From a virus, in IMG/VR virus record IMGVR_UViG_3300032268_001483, positions 53,130-117,129 of that record: a stretch of 64,000 nucleotides of DNA, one strand, 5' to 3'. Made by a program: the position numbers and the translations under genes. Below the pieces are notes generated by a model. The model was not told the DNA's origin. It did no database searches and saw only the letters and a list, made by a program, of their open reading frames with translations. Numbering within the stretch: the first letter of the stretch is position 1; each line of letters begins with the position of its first letter. Below are positions 26,168 to 37,674 of the stretch, one piece after another.

Positions 26168-29008
26168 ATGTCATACGCAACAAATAGTTTAGGTAATTAT
26201 AGTGGTACAATAGTTTCATCTCCAATTAGACCCTTTGGACCGAACGAATATATTGCTACAGCTTACTCAAATGAAATCAAAGGTGGTCATCACACCTATG
26301 AGTTTCTATCCGAAAGAGATGGTATAATTGAGTCTCGTAGAGACTGGGGTATGCTTGTAACAATTTACAACGATCCAACATCTTCAAACAATAAAACTTA
26401 CAAATTAGAGTATAATTATTATAATACCAATATTACAGATAATTTCAATTGGATTGAATATAATCCTACCGGAAATTTTAATTTAGGAAACACTGAATGG
26501 GTGGATTCAGTACAAGAAATCTCGACGAACCCATCTACTTTTACAGATGGTTATAGATATCTCGTGGATAACTCAGCTTCTGGTCTTTTTTCTGGGCAAG
26601 ATGGTAAAATTGCTCAATACTCTACACTACTTTCTGCTTTCACCTTTTTTGAACCACTATATGGAACCACATTACGTGTTGATAACCTCCCAAATCTCGT
26701 TTATAAATACTCTGGCACCTTCTCATCCGGATTCTGGGGAGTCGAGATACAGAACGGTGTGAGGTATTTGAATGCCACTTCACCTGATGGTATTACTTAT
26801 TCGTCAATTTCTATACAATCACCTCTAAGAGATTATTCTGATTCTATTTATTATGTCAATTTTGCTGTTACATCATCCGGTACAGTTTCACTTTCAATTG
26901 ATGGATTATCATTTTCCTATATCTATAAGGTTGAAAACAATAATTTGAATGGAGTCACATCCAATGATATTGTACCAGGTATTCAATATCAATTGATTTG
27001 GAACGGCATTTCTTTTCAAACTACACTACCCTCTTCATCAACTACTACTATAGGACCAGCAGAAGATGGTGACTACACAGACGGTCTTTTTACGGATTTC
27101 ACTACACTCACACCTATTGGTACACCGATTGATAGATTTAACGAGTTTTTTTTGAATTTAGTACCACTTTCTAGTCCAGCACTCTCATCTTGGGATGCTC
27201 AGGGCAGTTTTGTTGATGGTGGTTTGTCTTTTGATGATTCTACTTCTGGATCATTTTCATCAGCTACCTATTCGCCTTATGGACCTGTATTGGCTGGATC
27301 CACTTTTTCTCAATCAGATAATTATTATAGACTAGGGATTATGTCAAAAACATCTCAACCTATAACGGGTACACAATACTATAGTGATATTACTGGAACA
27401 CTCAATATAAATGTTTTAGAAAGTACCCAATTGCCCTATCCATCTTATACTACTCATTCCTTCGGTTTTGCTGACTCAGGTACAATCTCACTTTTATTAA
27501 ACGGTGTTACCATTTCTAGTTTCGGATTGACTGGAGGATCAGTTGATACTACTCTTTCAGGAGCTACATCTGGTTTGAATATTAGCGCGCCAACATCTTC
27601 GAGATTCCCATCAGGTAATTATTTTCAAAATTACCAGAATAGAACTGGGACTTACTTATTGAAGAGTGATTGTTCCCAAATAGTCTCTGGATATAATTAT
27701 TTTTTTATACAACATGAAACAAATCTAAATAATTACATATTGAGCCAATTTGAATTCGTATCAGATGACTCTATACTAGATGTAACGGTTTCTGCCCCTG
27801 CGATAACTACTGCTGTGACTCCTTTTCAAAAATATATATCAGGGATATCTTATTTTACAAGTCCTGCTAATTTTGTTTACACTGGTACAATACAGAATCT
27901 TTTTTCAAATACTTTTAATCAAGACAGTGATGCAGTAACCTACTTAGATTTATCAAATGAATTGTCTTCATCCACTAATAGTGTAACATCGACAATTACT
28001 AATGGATACACAAGTAGTATAACAATACCAACTAACTATATACAAAAATTAATACCATCGGGTATAATCGACCCAACTTCTACTATGTTGATTAACATGA
28101 CATACTCTATCAATTCACAAATTAGGAGAATTAATGATAGTATAGGTTTCGGAGTGCAAGTTAAGCGTACAGTTCAGGGTACATTTAGTGGTGGTACAAG
28201 TTCCAGTGGTCCATATCAAACTACTAATTGGTTTTTTGATACAGTCAATCCAACTTCTACAACACATTCAGAAAATTTTGATGATGAGGACTTCAGATTG
28301 ATTAATGGTAGTACAAAATATAACACGTACAATTTTACGAGTGATATATTTGTCGGAACCTGGTCTTCAATTGCTAGCCTTATTTCTGATTCAAATCACA
28401 ACAATGGTTTGCAAGTAATTAATGGATTGTTAATATATCCAAATTTCGATTTTTCTTTTCCTGGACCAGGTAATTCTTTTACTAACCCTAATTATGGATT
28501 GGGTAGTCCAAGAAATTATTCTAATTGCTTCTCGATTAGTTCGGGATTCGGTACCTATTCACTATCACCAGCGACTAACAATCGAACATATACCCGTTGG
28601 TTTTTTTTAGGATCATCCAATTTTAGTAAGGCTAAACTTATAATCACCCATGATAATGTGAGTTTTGTTAATACCACACAGCCCCTATCTGGACCTGGTT
28701 CCTCAAATCCAAACACAGATGTTTGGGTCGAATTGAAACTTCCTTATGATTCGGGGGTTGTGCCGGGCGGAACTGTTTCTTCTGGATCAGTTACTGGTTG
28801 GATTGATGCTACATTACCTTTCATCGGTAGTTATGAAGATGGTGATGGTTGTCTATCAGGTATTGTTCCAACATCTAGTGGAGGGGAATGGTTAGTCGAC
28901 TTTGGTATAAAGGGTACAGAGTTTTCTGGTGGATATGTACTATTAAGAATCACAGCCGGTCAAGATTGGATAGGAAATATAAATTCGATATCGATTTTAC
29001 CTGATTAA
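26168..29008 (+). CDS. Putative tail fibre/structural protein with RRxxGM module and DUF2793-like domain
   Basis: KGGHH...SERD..RRDWGMLV; GYRYLV..ASGLFSGQDGKIAQ..FFEP..G (DUF2793-like). Confidence 0.6.
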   Translation: MSYATNSLGNYSGTIVSSPIRPFGPNEYIATAYSNEIKGGHHTYEFLSERDGIIESRRDWGMLVTIYNDPTSSNNKTYKLEYNYYNTNITDNFNWIEYNPTGNFNLGNTEWVDSVQEISTNPSTFTDGYRYLVDNSASGLFSGQDGKIAQYSTLLSAFTFFEPLYGTTLRVDNLPNLVYKYSGTFSSGFWGVEIQNGVRYLNATSPDGITYSSISIQSPLRDYSDSIYYVNFAVTSSGTVSLSIDGLSFSYIYKVENNNLNGVTSNDIVPGIQYQLIWNGISFQTTLPSSSTTTIGPAEDGDYTDGLFTDFTTLTPIGTPIDRFNEFFLNLVPLSSPALSSWDAQGSFVDGGLSFDDSTSGSFSSATYSPYGPVLAGSTFSQSDNYYRLGIMSKTSQPITGTQYYSDITGTLNINVLESTQLPYPSYTTHSFGFADSGTISLLLNGVTISSFGLTGGSVDTTLSGATSGLNISAPTSSRFPSGNYFQNYQNRTGTYLLKSDCSQIVSGYNYFFIQHETNLNNYILSQFEFVSDDSILDVTVSAPAITTAVTPFQKYISGISYFTSPANFVYTGTIQNLFSNTFNQDSDAVTYLDLSNELSSSTNSVTSTITNGYTSSITIPTNYIQKLIPSGIIDPTSTMLINMTYSINSQIRRINDSIGFGVQVKRTVQGTFSGGTSSSGPYQTTNWFFDTVNPTSTTHSENFDDEDFRLINGSTKYNTYNFTSDIFVGTWSSIASLISDSNHNNGLQVINGLLIYPNFDFSFPGPGNSFTNPNYGLGSPRNYSNCFSISSGFGTYSLSPATNNRTYTRWFFLGSSNFSKAKLIITHDNVSFVNTTQPLSGPGSSNPNTDVWVELKLPYDSGVVPGGTVSSGSVTGWIDATLPFIGSYEDGDGCLSGIVPTSSGGEWLVDFGIKGTEFSGGYVLLRITAGQDWIGNINSISILPD

Positions 29009-29080
29009 ATTCTCAATTAAATGGCGATTTGTAGAAAGTAATTTTTTATATATAAGAAAATATAAAATTATTTATCTAAG

Positions 29081-31228
29081 ATGTCCTTGACTTTTTCGAC
29101 TCAATCACAAATAGCTTTTAAAAATCTATCGGGTAAATCTCAAACTACACCGAATAAAGGATTATTGAATGAATTTTATGGATTTTCATTTAATCTACCT
29201 TCGAATCATATTTGGAGTAGTGATTTATCTGATGATCCTTCTTTATCCCAAATACAAGGATTAACTATCGAAGTTATTGCCGATTTAGAATTGATACCTG
29301 GTAGTAATGGACATTCATACTTATCAAAATGGCCCTCGTTAGTACCCTCCGGAATTGATGTCACTACTGGAACTTCCTATTCTTATGGATTGGGTTTACT
29401 CACGGGTATTACAGCTGGTGATTCTCTTAAGAATGTGATTTCCCCTTACTTCGGTTTTTCTTATTCATCAATCCCATATGTCACTTACCCGAACTTGAGA
29501 GTTGAATTTTTAGATAACCGAGATTGGATTTACCAATATAATTCTGGAATTTTTTACCAGGATTTAGTTGTTGGTTTGACACCCTCTAAAATAAAAGTAT
29601 ATCCGTACCTTGGTAACACTCTTAACTTATCAACAAGTTATGAAAATATAAGAGTTTCCGCAACAGGTACTAATGATTATTATTCTTTAGTTTCGAATCC
29701 AAATATATCAACTTATTCAACTAATTACTTATTTTTAGTCGATTTTGCTAACTCTAACACATCTGGAACAGTTTCTCTTAACATATCTGGTATAGGAACT
29801 TATAGTATAAAGAAGTTTACTAATTTAGGACTTCAGGATCCAACTGTTGGTGAAGTATTAGGGGCTACTTCTGGATTGATATATTATCTTACATTTGATG
29901 GTAATAACTTTCAACTATTTTCTGCAAATCCAGGACAATCTGGAGTTTCATATACAAAACCTAATCCTTCCCTATACTCAGTTGGTACAATTGATAAGGG
30001 TACTTCTTTTTATGATGTTAGTTTTCAGAACTTATTCACAGATTTGATATACGGTAACGAACTTGCTAATATAAATACTTTCAATATAGTTGGAACATCA
30101 GGTTATATTGATTCTTTGGAGGTAGGAGATATTTTACCAACTTCAACTTATACTTTCAGTTGGGTTACTGAAAACAGCCTTCTTTTAGAAAATAATACAA
30201 CCTCAATAGAAAGAGTAGGTGATAGTATACTAGGATTTAGTCTTACCAACTCAGGTCCTTTCGAATGGATACTTTCGAGTACTATAAGCTACGGTTATAC
30301 ACAATCAGAATATTTTATTCTATCGGTTAAAAGAACCAACGGAACTATTATTAGTAAACCTCTACAGTTAGAATGGAGGTACCCTATCTATTTTGGTTCA
30401 ACTAATTCTTCAAGTATCTCAGGAATTGATTTTCCTGGTATTTTTAATAAAGTTTTAGCAACGAATTCAAATTTCGTGACTAATATTCCAAATTCTGGAT
30501 ATAAATACATTGCTATACCAGATGGTTTCTCCTCAATCTATTCTCTAACAGTTGAAGGTGTACCTTTGGCTATGGCAGGGACTGCAAACGGATTTACTTA
30601 TCAGGAGACTAAAATCGGAAATTATAACGGCACGATAAGTTCTATTTATCATGATAAGATATTTGTTACTAGTTCATTTGGTATAGGTAAGACTTACAGC
30701 CTATATAGAACTCTCAACATTATTAATTCCGATGTTGATGTAATTTCAAATGAGATTGCTGATAGCAACTTCGGATTGATTGTTGGTAGAGACGGCTTTT
30801 CTGGACCTATTGGACCTACAGGTCCTATCGGTCCAACTGGACCATCCGGTGGACCAGTAGGTCCAACTGGATCAACTGGGGCTCAGGGGGCAACAGGAGC
30901 AACTGGAAATGTGACTGATGTTGGTATAAAATTCATTACCGATTCTTTTTATAGTTTAATTCTATCTGATGTAAACAAAGTCATATCTGTGAGTCAATCT
31001 TCTATAGGCACAATTTCTATACCAACTTACGCTGATGTTAATATAGCCACTGGCTCTCAGATTATGTTTATTAATTGGACTGGGGCAACTCTTTCAGTCG
31101 GACCAACTTCTGGGGTAACACTATTGAGCGCTGATGGTGCGACTAAAATTAGAACACAATACTCTGCTGCAACGTTACTGAATATGGGTACCGATGTATG
31201 GATATTAACTGGTGATATAACAATTTAA
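29081..31228 (+). CDS. Putative tail fibre protein with short collagen-like segment
   Basis: 715 aa S/T/G-rich; (G-X-Y)n near 30794-30909; C-terminal fibre-tip-like domain ending WILTGDI. Confidence 0.65.
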   Translation: MSLTFSTQSQIAFKNLSGKSQTTPNKGLLNEFYGFSFNLPSNHIWSSDLSDDPSLSQIQGLTIEVIADLELIPGSNGHSYLSKWPSLVPSGIDVTTGTSYSYGLGLLTGITAGDSLKNVISPYFGFSYSSIPYVTYPNLRVEFLDNRDWIYQYNSGIFYQDLVVGLTPSKIKVYPYLGNTLNLSTSYENIRVSATGTNDYYSLVSNPNISTYSTNYLFLVDFANSNTSGTVSLNISGIGTYSIKKFTNLGLQDPTVGEVLGATSGLIYYLTFDGNNFQLFSANPGQSGVSYTKPNPSLYSVGTIDKGTSFYDVSFQNLFTDLIYGNELANINTFNIVGTSGYIDSLEVGDILPTSTYTFSWVTENSLLLENNTTSIERVGDSILGFSLTNSGPFEWILSSTISYGYTQSEYFILSVKRTNGTIISKPLQLEWRYPIYFGSTNSSSISGIDFPGIFNKVLATNSNFVTNIPNSGYKYIAIPDGFSSIYSLTVEGVPLAMAGTANGFTYQETKIGNYNGTISSIYHDKIFVTSSFGIGKTYSLYRTLNIINSDVDVISNEIADSNFGLIVGRDGFSGPIGPTGPIGPTGPSGGPVGPTGSTGAQGATGATGNVTDVGIKFITDSFYSLILSDVNKVISVSQSSIGTISIPTYADVNIATGSQIMFINWTGATLSVGPTSGVTLLSADGATKIRTQYSAATLLNMGTDVWILTGDITI
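30794..30909 (+). repeat. Collagen-like G-X-Y coding repeat
   Basis: GFSGPIGPTGPIGPTGPSGGPVGPTGSTGAQGATGATGN. Confidence 0.85.
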
Positions 31229-31240
31229 TCTATAGTAATA

Positions 31241-32131
31241 ATGATAACCACATTAAATAATAGTATATCTAATTCTATTTTAGATTTTGACGCTAGAGAA
31301 TTCATTGATACTTGTGGAATTACAAGTTCCAATATTATAAGGAATATCAATGATTGTTTTAAAGAACTTAAACGGTCGGGAATTTGGGATAGTATATATT
31401 ATGGATTTGCGATGATATATTCTGGAACATCACAAAGTATGTTAGTGGATATAAAATCAAGGCAATCACTAAATTCTTACATACCGATATCTGGACCAAC
31501 TACGAGTGCGACTTATTCAACTACTGGTATACAATATAATGGTGGGGAATTTCTTGCGATTGATAATATTCCTTTTGGTAACATTATAAATTCTGACTCT
31601 GCACCAGGTCATATTTCGATATACAACCGAACTGATTATAACTCACTTGGACTAACACTTAGCTCTAAACATGGATATAGAGAAATCTTCGGTGGTTATG
31701 AACAATCATTCTCGTTTACAAATACAGGTGTTTCAGGTTCACTCTGGAATGCTGCTGGTCCGATGGGCTTCTCAGTAAGTAATACATCTGGATTCTTTCT
31801 ATTTAGTAATGTGGATGACAACGATGGTATACCTGCTTCCATTTCAAATCCGTATAAATTTTATATGAGTAGAAACGGACAAATATTAGGTTCTCAATCT
31901 AGCGTAAAAAATTATCATACATTTGGTTCCAATATCGTAATTGGTGCCTTTACTGAAAATCTATTAATTTCTTTAGAATCAAGCTTTGATGAAATTTGTT
32001 GGTATTCGATAGGTTCTGGTTTCGGATCTGAATCTCAATACGGAAGACAAATTGATATAGAAAAACAAGAAATATATTTTCAAATCATACAAAAATTACA
32101 AAAGTCTCTCAGTAGAGAAAAGGATACATAA
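31241..32131 (+). CDS. Putative structural protein, divergent ConA/LamG-like beta-sandwich
   Basis: HISIYNRT, YMSRNGQILG, IVIGA pattern; lies within the tail-fibre locus. Confidence 0.45.
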   Translation: MITTLNNSISNSILDFDAREFIDTCGITSSNIIRNINDCFKELKRSGIWDSIYYGFAMIYSGTSQSMLVDIKSRQSLNSYIPISGPTTSATYSTTGIQYNGGEFLAIDNIPFGNIINSDSAPGHISIYNRTDYNSLGLTLSSKHGYREIFGGYEQSFSFTNTGVSGSLWNAAGPMGFSVSNTSGFFLFSNVDDNDGIPASISNPYKFYMSRNGQILGSQSSVKNYHTFGSNIVIGAFTENLLISLESSFDEICWYSIGSGFGSESQYGRQIDIEKQEIYFQIIQKLQKSLSREKDT

Positions 32132-32153
32132 TTAAAATTTTATATATAATGTT

Positions 32154-32855
32154 ATGGGAATTAAATTAACAGGTTTAGTAACTACATATAGTCCAGATGA
32201 CAATTATCCAGTAATCGATCCACTCTTAGGCATCGATGGCTTGAGATGTGTATCCTCAATATCTGATATGTATAATATACCTTTGGAAAGGAGAAGGGGT
32301 GGTATGGTAGTTGGTATACAAAATCTAATTACTAATGATACAAATTATTATAAACTCAAACCAGGTGTTACTTGGAGTGTTGGAACTTTATCTGTTACTG
32401 ATTGGGATCCTTTTCTTATATCTGGAACTGGTTCGTCAAATTCAAATATAAGATATAACATTGCTTCTGAAACTGTTATAGTTTCACCGAACGAACAATA
32501 CCTTCTATATGGAAATCTGAACATCGGAACAGGAGGTGTTTTCGAGACATACGGACAGGCTGTAATTATTAACGGTTCTATTCTTCTATCGGGAGATGGT
32601 ACCTATTCTATTGGTGGGGCTGGGAGCATTCAGTATGTCAGCTTATCAACAACTTTAAAATACAGCGGTACTTTTTCGGCTTCACCTGGTTCAACTGTAA
32701 GTATAAATCATGGACTTTCATCAGAAGATATTGTTTTATCTGTTAGAGATGGTAGTAACTTTGTTTATCCAAACATTGAAATAATTGATTCTAACAATAT
32801 TTTGTTGACTTTATCCGGCACAGTAAGTAATGGAAAGATAAATATTTTAATATAA
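32154..32855 (+). CDS. Putative structural protein with RRxGM module
   Basis: YPVID...GLRCV...IPLERRRGGMVV resembles the N-terminus of 26168; C-terminal INHGL..VLSVRDG module. Confidence 0.6.
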   Translation: MGIKLTGLVTTYSPDDNYPVIDPLLGIDGLRCVSSISDMYNIPLERRRGGMVVGIQNLITNDTNYYKLKPGVTWSVGTLSVTDWDPFLISGTGSSNSNIRYNIASETVIVSPNEQYLLYGNLNIGTGGVFETYGQAVIINGSILLSGDGTYSIGGAGSIQYVSLSTTLKYSGTFSASPGSTVSINHGLSSEDIVLSVRDGSNFVYPNIEIIDSNNILLTLSGTVSNGKINILI

Positions 32856-32856
32856 A

Positions 32857-35800
32857 ATGGCTATTAATAAACTACTATTTATACCTCAGTGGCACACAAC
32901 AGGAACAGTATCAATTCCTGATGCAAATTTCAAAGCTCTATATCCCAAATCTGGTGATAGCCATTGGTATTTCGTAGACTCGGATGGTAGTGAGAAAAGA
33001 ATTGAGACTGGTTTAGATATCAGAAATGGTATCACAACTACAACTTTAGCAACCTCGAGTGTTTTTAGAGCTAGGATCGACCTATCAATTGGTTCTGGAT
33101 TAACCTTTTCTGGTAACTTTGCTGGATCCTCTGTAAGTGTATTCGGAGTAACTACTGATATGTTACAATCAATTGGATCAGCAACATCTGGATATGTATT
33201 AACCTCGAATGGAGCATCATTTAATTGGGTAACGCCTTCGTCATTGGTTGCTGGTATAAGCGGAACTACTAATAAAATTAGTAAATTCACCACACCAACT
33301 ACACTTGGAAACTCTTTAATTACAGATGATGGTGTAAAGGTTGTTATAGGAGTTACACCTTCTTTTGCAGTTGGATTAGTCAATGTGGATGGTGATTTAT
33401 ATGTCAGTGGAGACTTATTCTTAACCGATAATAATAATGTTTATATAAGACATTCTAATGGAATTTTAGTGCAGTCTGACGAAAACATAACATTTAGAGA
33501 TGAATTAGCTTACAATTATTTAGATATGAAAACGGATAACATCTCTTCTTATACGTTTTCAATTTTAAATCAGACTTTACTTTTAGGTGATAATGGTTCT
33601 TACAGTTATCTAGTTGCAAACGATATAAATAATGTTTCCTTTGGTTCCACCTTGTCTACAATGACTTATTCTATTCTATCTAATACACCTGGTGTGTTAA
33701 GAATAAAAGACACTAGTGAAGGTATAAATAAAGTTTTTGTATCCGATTCTCAGGGTTATGGTAGATGGCAAAATCTTAGTGCTGGGTCTGGTTTAACAGT
33801 TAGTGGTCTTACTTATTCTATAAGATTGGGTGGTACTGGGTTAACTTTTAGTTCAGGTAATTTGTTATTTGACTATTCAATACTTGGATCTACACTCACT
33901 CAATCTTCTGGCACAATAAACTTGAGCAACAGTGGAGTACTTGCTGGTATTTACGGTACATCAAATCAACTTGTTAGTTTAACTATCGATTCTTATGGTA
34001 GAATTACTCAAGTTAATACATTTACATTTTCTGGACCAACTACTTCGGGTATCAGTAGTGCGGATAATGGATTGTCATCCATCGCAAATGTAGTCATTCT
34101 AGGTGGTACATTATCTCAGAATACTGTCATAAATTCGGGAGGTTATGATTTAACCATCGGTGCAGATATTTTAACAATAACTGGTTCTGTTTTTGATGTA
34201 GAAGCGGATGGTTTGATTAGTTTAGATGCTGGTACTGGGTCGGTTCAAATACTAGCAGATGATACAATTACAGTATCAGCTTCTTCCTCTATCGATTTGA
34301 TTTCAACTGGAAGTTTGAATATTACTAAAAGTAATTTAATATCAAACAATCTTTTAAGTTTGTCATATGGGGTCGAGGAATTTATGGTTTTACTTTCAAC
34401 TGACACCACATCATCATCCTATGGAGCAGTTGCTGCCGGGACATTTGCAACAATATTCGTAGTCAATGATGGTGTAAATGAGAGTAGAATAGACATTACA
34501 TCCAATGCAAGTGTATTATCTAATGATGGGTCGACTGATAGTACAATTTTGATACAAGATCAGATTGCTAATAAAGGAATGGTTTATGTAGATGACTACA
34601 GTTCGAATTTTACACCTTACTCACTAATTCACAAACAATACCTTGAAAATTATGTATCTAATAATCTAATTCCTACATCTTATTCTAAGGAGTTGATTTC
34701 TGGTGGTGCAATCTGGAACTCAGGTTTGACTTTTGATGTTTCTCAATTAACATACACATTTAATGGAAATATACAGACTACAAATGGTGCAACACAAGTA
34801 ACCTTTAATGTTGGTGATCCTACTTATAGTAGAATTGACGCTCTTGTAGTGAATGATGATTTGCCCTATGGATTGGTATCTATACTTCAAGGAGTTGCCT
34901 CACCTTCTCCAATAACACCTGAAATACCAAGTAACGAACTTTTAGTACAATATGTCATTTTACCTAGTGGGGCTACATCATTATCATTTAATCAAGACTT
35001 CATTTATAATGAAAATACTGAATGGGTTGGGTCTGTTTATGATTTATCGGGCGCACTTGGTACCTTTAGTTTTACTTCTTCAAACCCAACTGCCTTTTCT
35101 GGAACATATTCTTTGAGTGGTACTGGTATAAATAGAAAAAGATCAACAAGATTCACAAGAGTTTCACCTATACTTTCAAGTGATTATAGCTCTATTTCTT
35201 TTACTGTATATTATCCTGCTGCATTACCCACTTCGAGATTCTTAACTTTGAGATTTTTGTTAGGTGGAGTTTATATTGGTAACTTAGTAAATGTAAATCC
35301 GACATTTGCTAGTGGAACCGTAACCGGTAGTTGGCAACAGGTAGTTATACCACTATATCTTTTTGGATTAACAGGTAATATTGATGGTTTGGAATTTCAG
35401 TTAGCTGGTAGTAGGGACTCGGATGTTAGAGACTTCTCAATAGATTATGTTCAACTACAAAGTGGTATCACACCAACATATTTATCATCATCCTCTGGAA
35501 CACTGATTAACTCCAACTCAGCTGGTGACGGATTAACTTTTTCTAGTGCTAGTTTTGGTGTGAATGTAAACCCTGATTCACTAGAAATTACTGCCGATTA
35601 TTTAAGGTTAAAGAACTCTATAACTGGAAACAGAAATTTCACAGGTGGAGTTACAATAAGTAATAATTTTTCAGTAACGGGTAGCACTACATTAGTTGGA
35701 TTAACAGCATCAAAAGGTTATATTTCTGGTACTGGTTCTGACATATTGACTTTAACAAGTACAGGTACGGGTAGTACTATATTTAGAGTTCAAGGTAACA

Positions 35801-36234
35801 GCGGTGAATTATTTAGTATTGTTGATGGATTAACAGGCTCTCTATTCTCCGTAAATGATATATCTGGTTTACCTATATTAGAAGTTTTCTCCGATGAAAC
35901 AATTTTGATGGGAGATTATGCTGCTCCTTCATTGAATACGACATCTAAAATTACTTCTGTTACTGGTTCGAACACTATTTACTCTATTGATAAAACTCTA
36001 TACACAGGTGCATTTTTCGAATATACAGTTACAAAGGGAACAAATGCTAGAGCAGGTAGGATTATGTCTGTATGGAATGGACTAACGGCTTCTTATACTG
36101 AAAATCAGACATCCGATATAGGTAGTACTTCAGATATTGTATTTGTTATAAGTGCAACTGGTAGTAGTGCTGTTTTATCCGCCTCAGCTTCATCGAATAA
36201 CTGGATTATAAAAACAATCATAAGAAGTATTTAA
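32857..36234 (+). CDS. Large putative tail fibre protein
   Basis: 1125 aa; GxGLTFS repeats, GIYG..TIDSYGRIT motif, S/T/G-rich. Confidence 0.65.
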   Translation: MAINKLLFIPQWHTTGTVSIPDANFKALYPKSGDSHWYFVDSDGSEKRIETGLDIRNGITTTTLATSSVFRARIDLSIGSGLTFSGNFAGSSVSVFGVTTDMLQSIGSATSGYVLTSNGASFNWVTPSSLVAGISGTTNKISKFTTPTTLGNSLITDDGVKVVIGVTPSFAVGLVNVDGDLYVSGDLFLTDNNNVYIRHSNGILVQSDENITFRDELAYNYLDMKTDNISSYTFSILNQTLLLGDNGSYSYLVANDINNVSFGSTLSTMTYSILSNTPGVLRIKDTSEGINKVFVSDSQGYGRWQNLSAGSGLTVSGLTYSIRLGGTGLTFSSGNLLFDYSILGSTLTQSSGTINLSNSGVLAGIYGTSNQLVSLTIDSYGRITQVNTFTFSGPTTSGISSADNGLSSIANVVILGGTLSQNTVINSGGYDLTIGADILTITGSVFDVEADGLISLDAGTGSVQILADDTITVSASSSIDLISTGSLNITKSNLISNNLLSLSYGVEEFMVLLSTDTTSSSYGAVAAGTFATIFVVNDGVNESRIDITSNASVLSNDGSTDSTILIQDQIANKGMVYVDDYSSNFTPYSLIHKQYLENYVSNNLIPTSYSKELISGGAIWNSGLTFDVSQLTYTFNGNIQTTNGATQVTFNVGDPTYSRIDALVVNDDLPYGLVSILQGVASPSPITPEIPSNELLVQYVILPSGATSLSFNQDFIYNENTEWVGSVYDLSGALGTFSFTSSNPTAFSGTYSLSGTGINRKRSTRFTRVSPILSSDYSSISFTVYYPAALPTSRFLTLRFLLGGVYIGNLVNVNPTFASGTVTGSWQQVVIPLYLFGLTGNIDGLEFQLAGSRDSDVRDFSIDYVQLQSGITPTYLSSSSGTLINSNSAGDGLTFSSASFGVNVNPDSLEITADYLRLKNSITGNRNFTGGVTISNNFSVTGSTTLVGLTASKGYISGTGSDILTLTSTGTGSTIFRVQGNSGELFSIVDGLTGSLFSVNDISGLPILEVFSDETILMGDYAAPSLNTTSKITSVTGSNTIYSIDKTLYTGAFFEYTVTKGTNARAGRIMSVWNGLTASYTENQTSDIGSTSDIVFVISATGSSAVLSASASSNNWIIKTIIRSI

Positions 36235-36235
36235 T

Positions 36236-36940
36236 ATGCCTTTTCATTTTTCTCCAAAAATTGTAAATAATGGATTGTCCTTGTGTTTCGATACCGCTAA
36301 TACAAGAAGTTATTCAGGCACAGGTTCTAACTGGATAGATTTGGTTTCTCTTGATTATAGAGGAGTTCTCACAAATAGTCCGATTTTTAATAGTTTAAAT
36401 AGTGGTCATTTAATTTTTGACGGATTGAACGACTACGTTATTACAAATTATACTACGCCATTTGGTACAAGTAATTTAACTATCGGTTTGTGGATTTCCT
36501 ATACCGATTCTCAACAAAGTGGAATTCTATCAAAAAGAACAAGTATAAACTTCGAACAATTAAGTATATTTATAGGTGGTAATGTTAATGTGAGTACTGC
36601 TGGTACTAAAATAGTAATTAATGATTTCAATGGTGGTGTGAGTAGAAATGCAATTACTACCAATAGTTATAATGACGGCTTATGGCATTATTTAGTTTTG
36701 GTTAGAGACACCAATGAAAACAGACTTTATATAGATAATCAATTAGTCTCAACTATAATCTCAACTAAACCCGATTTATCAAGTGCCACCACTTTATTTT
36801 TTGGTGTTGTGGGTAATGGAAATTCAGTTGCAGGATTTTATTTTAAAGGTAAACTTTCACTAATAAAACTCTACAATAGAGCACTATCGGTTAATGAAAT
36901 ACAACAAAATTATGACACACAAAAAACAAGATTTTCATAA
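36236..36940 (+). CDS. ConA-like lectin/LamG domain protein
   Basis: FDGLNDYV, WHYLVLV, LYIDNQ, IKLYNRALSVNEI LamG_3 signature. Confidence 0.85.
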   Translation: MPFHFSPKIVNNGLSLCFDTANTRSYSGTGSNWIDLVSLDYRGVLTNSPIFNSLNSGHLIFDGLNDYVITNYTTPFGTSNLTIGLWISYTDSQQSGILSKRTSINFEQLSIFIGGNVNVSTAGTKIVINDFNGGVSRNAITTNSYNDGLWHYLVLVRDTNENRLYIDNQLVSTIISTKPDLSSATTLFFGVVGNGNSVAGFYFKGKLSLIKLYNRALSVNEIQQNYDTQKTRFS

Positions 36941-36958
36941 ATATTAATTCTAAAACGG

Positions 36959-37657
36959 ATGAGTACATTACAAAATGGTAGAATAGTAACTAATGGGTTA
37001 GTTTTTTATATGGATGCATCAAATAATAGGTGTTATTCTGGAACTGGTTCATCTTTTGAAGATATAAGTAAATTTGAAAATAATGGTAGCTTGATAAATG
37101 GTGTATCTTATACTTCAGAATATTTGGGTGGATTTTCATTTGATGGAATTAATGATATGATAGATGTACCATATAACGAATCAATTAACCCAGCCACCGC
37201 AGTTTCTATTAGCGCTGTTTTTAATGTCTCAGGGTTTTCTTCCTTTTACGGTCCAATTATCTTTAAACAAAATGGTAGCTTAACAAACTATGAACAATAC
37301 CAACTTGGTGTATATGGACTTGGACAACTCAGATTTTACGTCACTAGCCCTGGACTTACACAAACTTTCACCTCTGTAAATAATGTATTCAATAATGTTA
37401 TACATGCTGTTGGTACTTGCGATAGTACTACTGACAGAATGGACCTATATGTAAATGGTGAATTAGTTGACTCCAAAACATTTTCATTCACATTTTTTAC
37501 ATCAAGTAATGCTGTAAATATTGGAGCGGTAACAATTTCATCGTTCAGTGGTTATACATCAGGGAAAATATATCAGGCACTTATTTATGATAGAGCTCTT
37601 ACAGTGGAAGAAGTCAAACAGAATTACCAATTTACAAAAACTAGATTTGGTTTATAA
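36959..37657 (+). CDS. ConA-like lectin/LamG domain protein (paralog of 36236)
   Basis: FDGINDMI, HAVGT, LYVNGE, IYDRALTVEEV. Confidence 0.85.
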   Translation: MSTLQNGRIVTNGLVFYMDASNNRCYSGTGSSFEDISKFENNGSLINGVSYTSEYLGGFSFDGINDMIDVPYNESINPATAVSISAVFNVSGFSSFYGPIIFKQNGSLTNYEQYQLGVYGLGQLRFYVTSPGLTQTFTSVNNVFNNVIHAVGTCDSTTDRMDLYVNGELVDSKTFSFTFFTSSNAVNIGAVTISSFSGYTSGKIYQALIYDRALTVEEVKQNYQFTKTRFGL

Positions 37658-37674
37658 AAAAAAAATAATTTAAA

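Noticed and set aside
36236-37657. LamG paralogs as diversity-generating retroelement targets
   Set aside because: No reverse transcriptase and no near-identical TR/VR pair differing at adenines were seen in this window.
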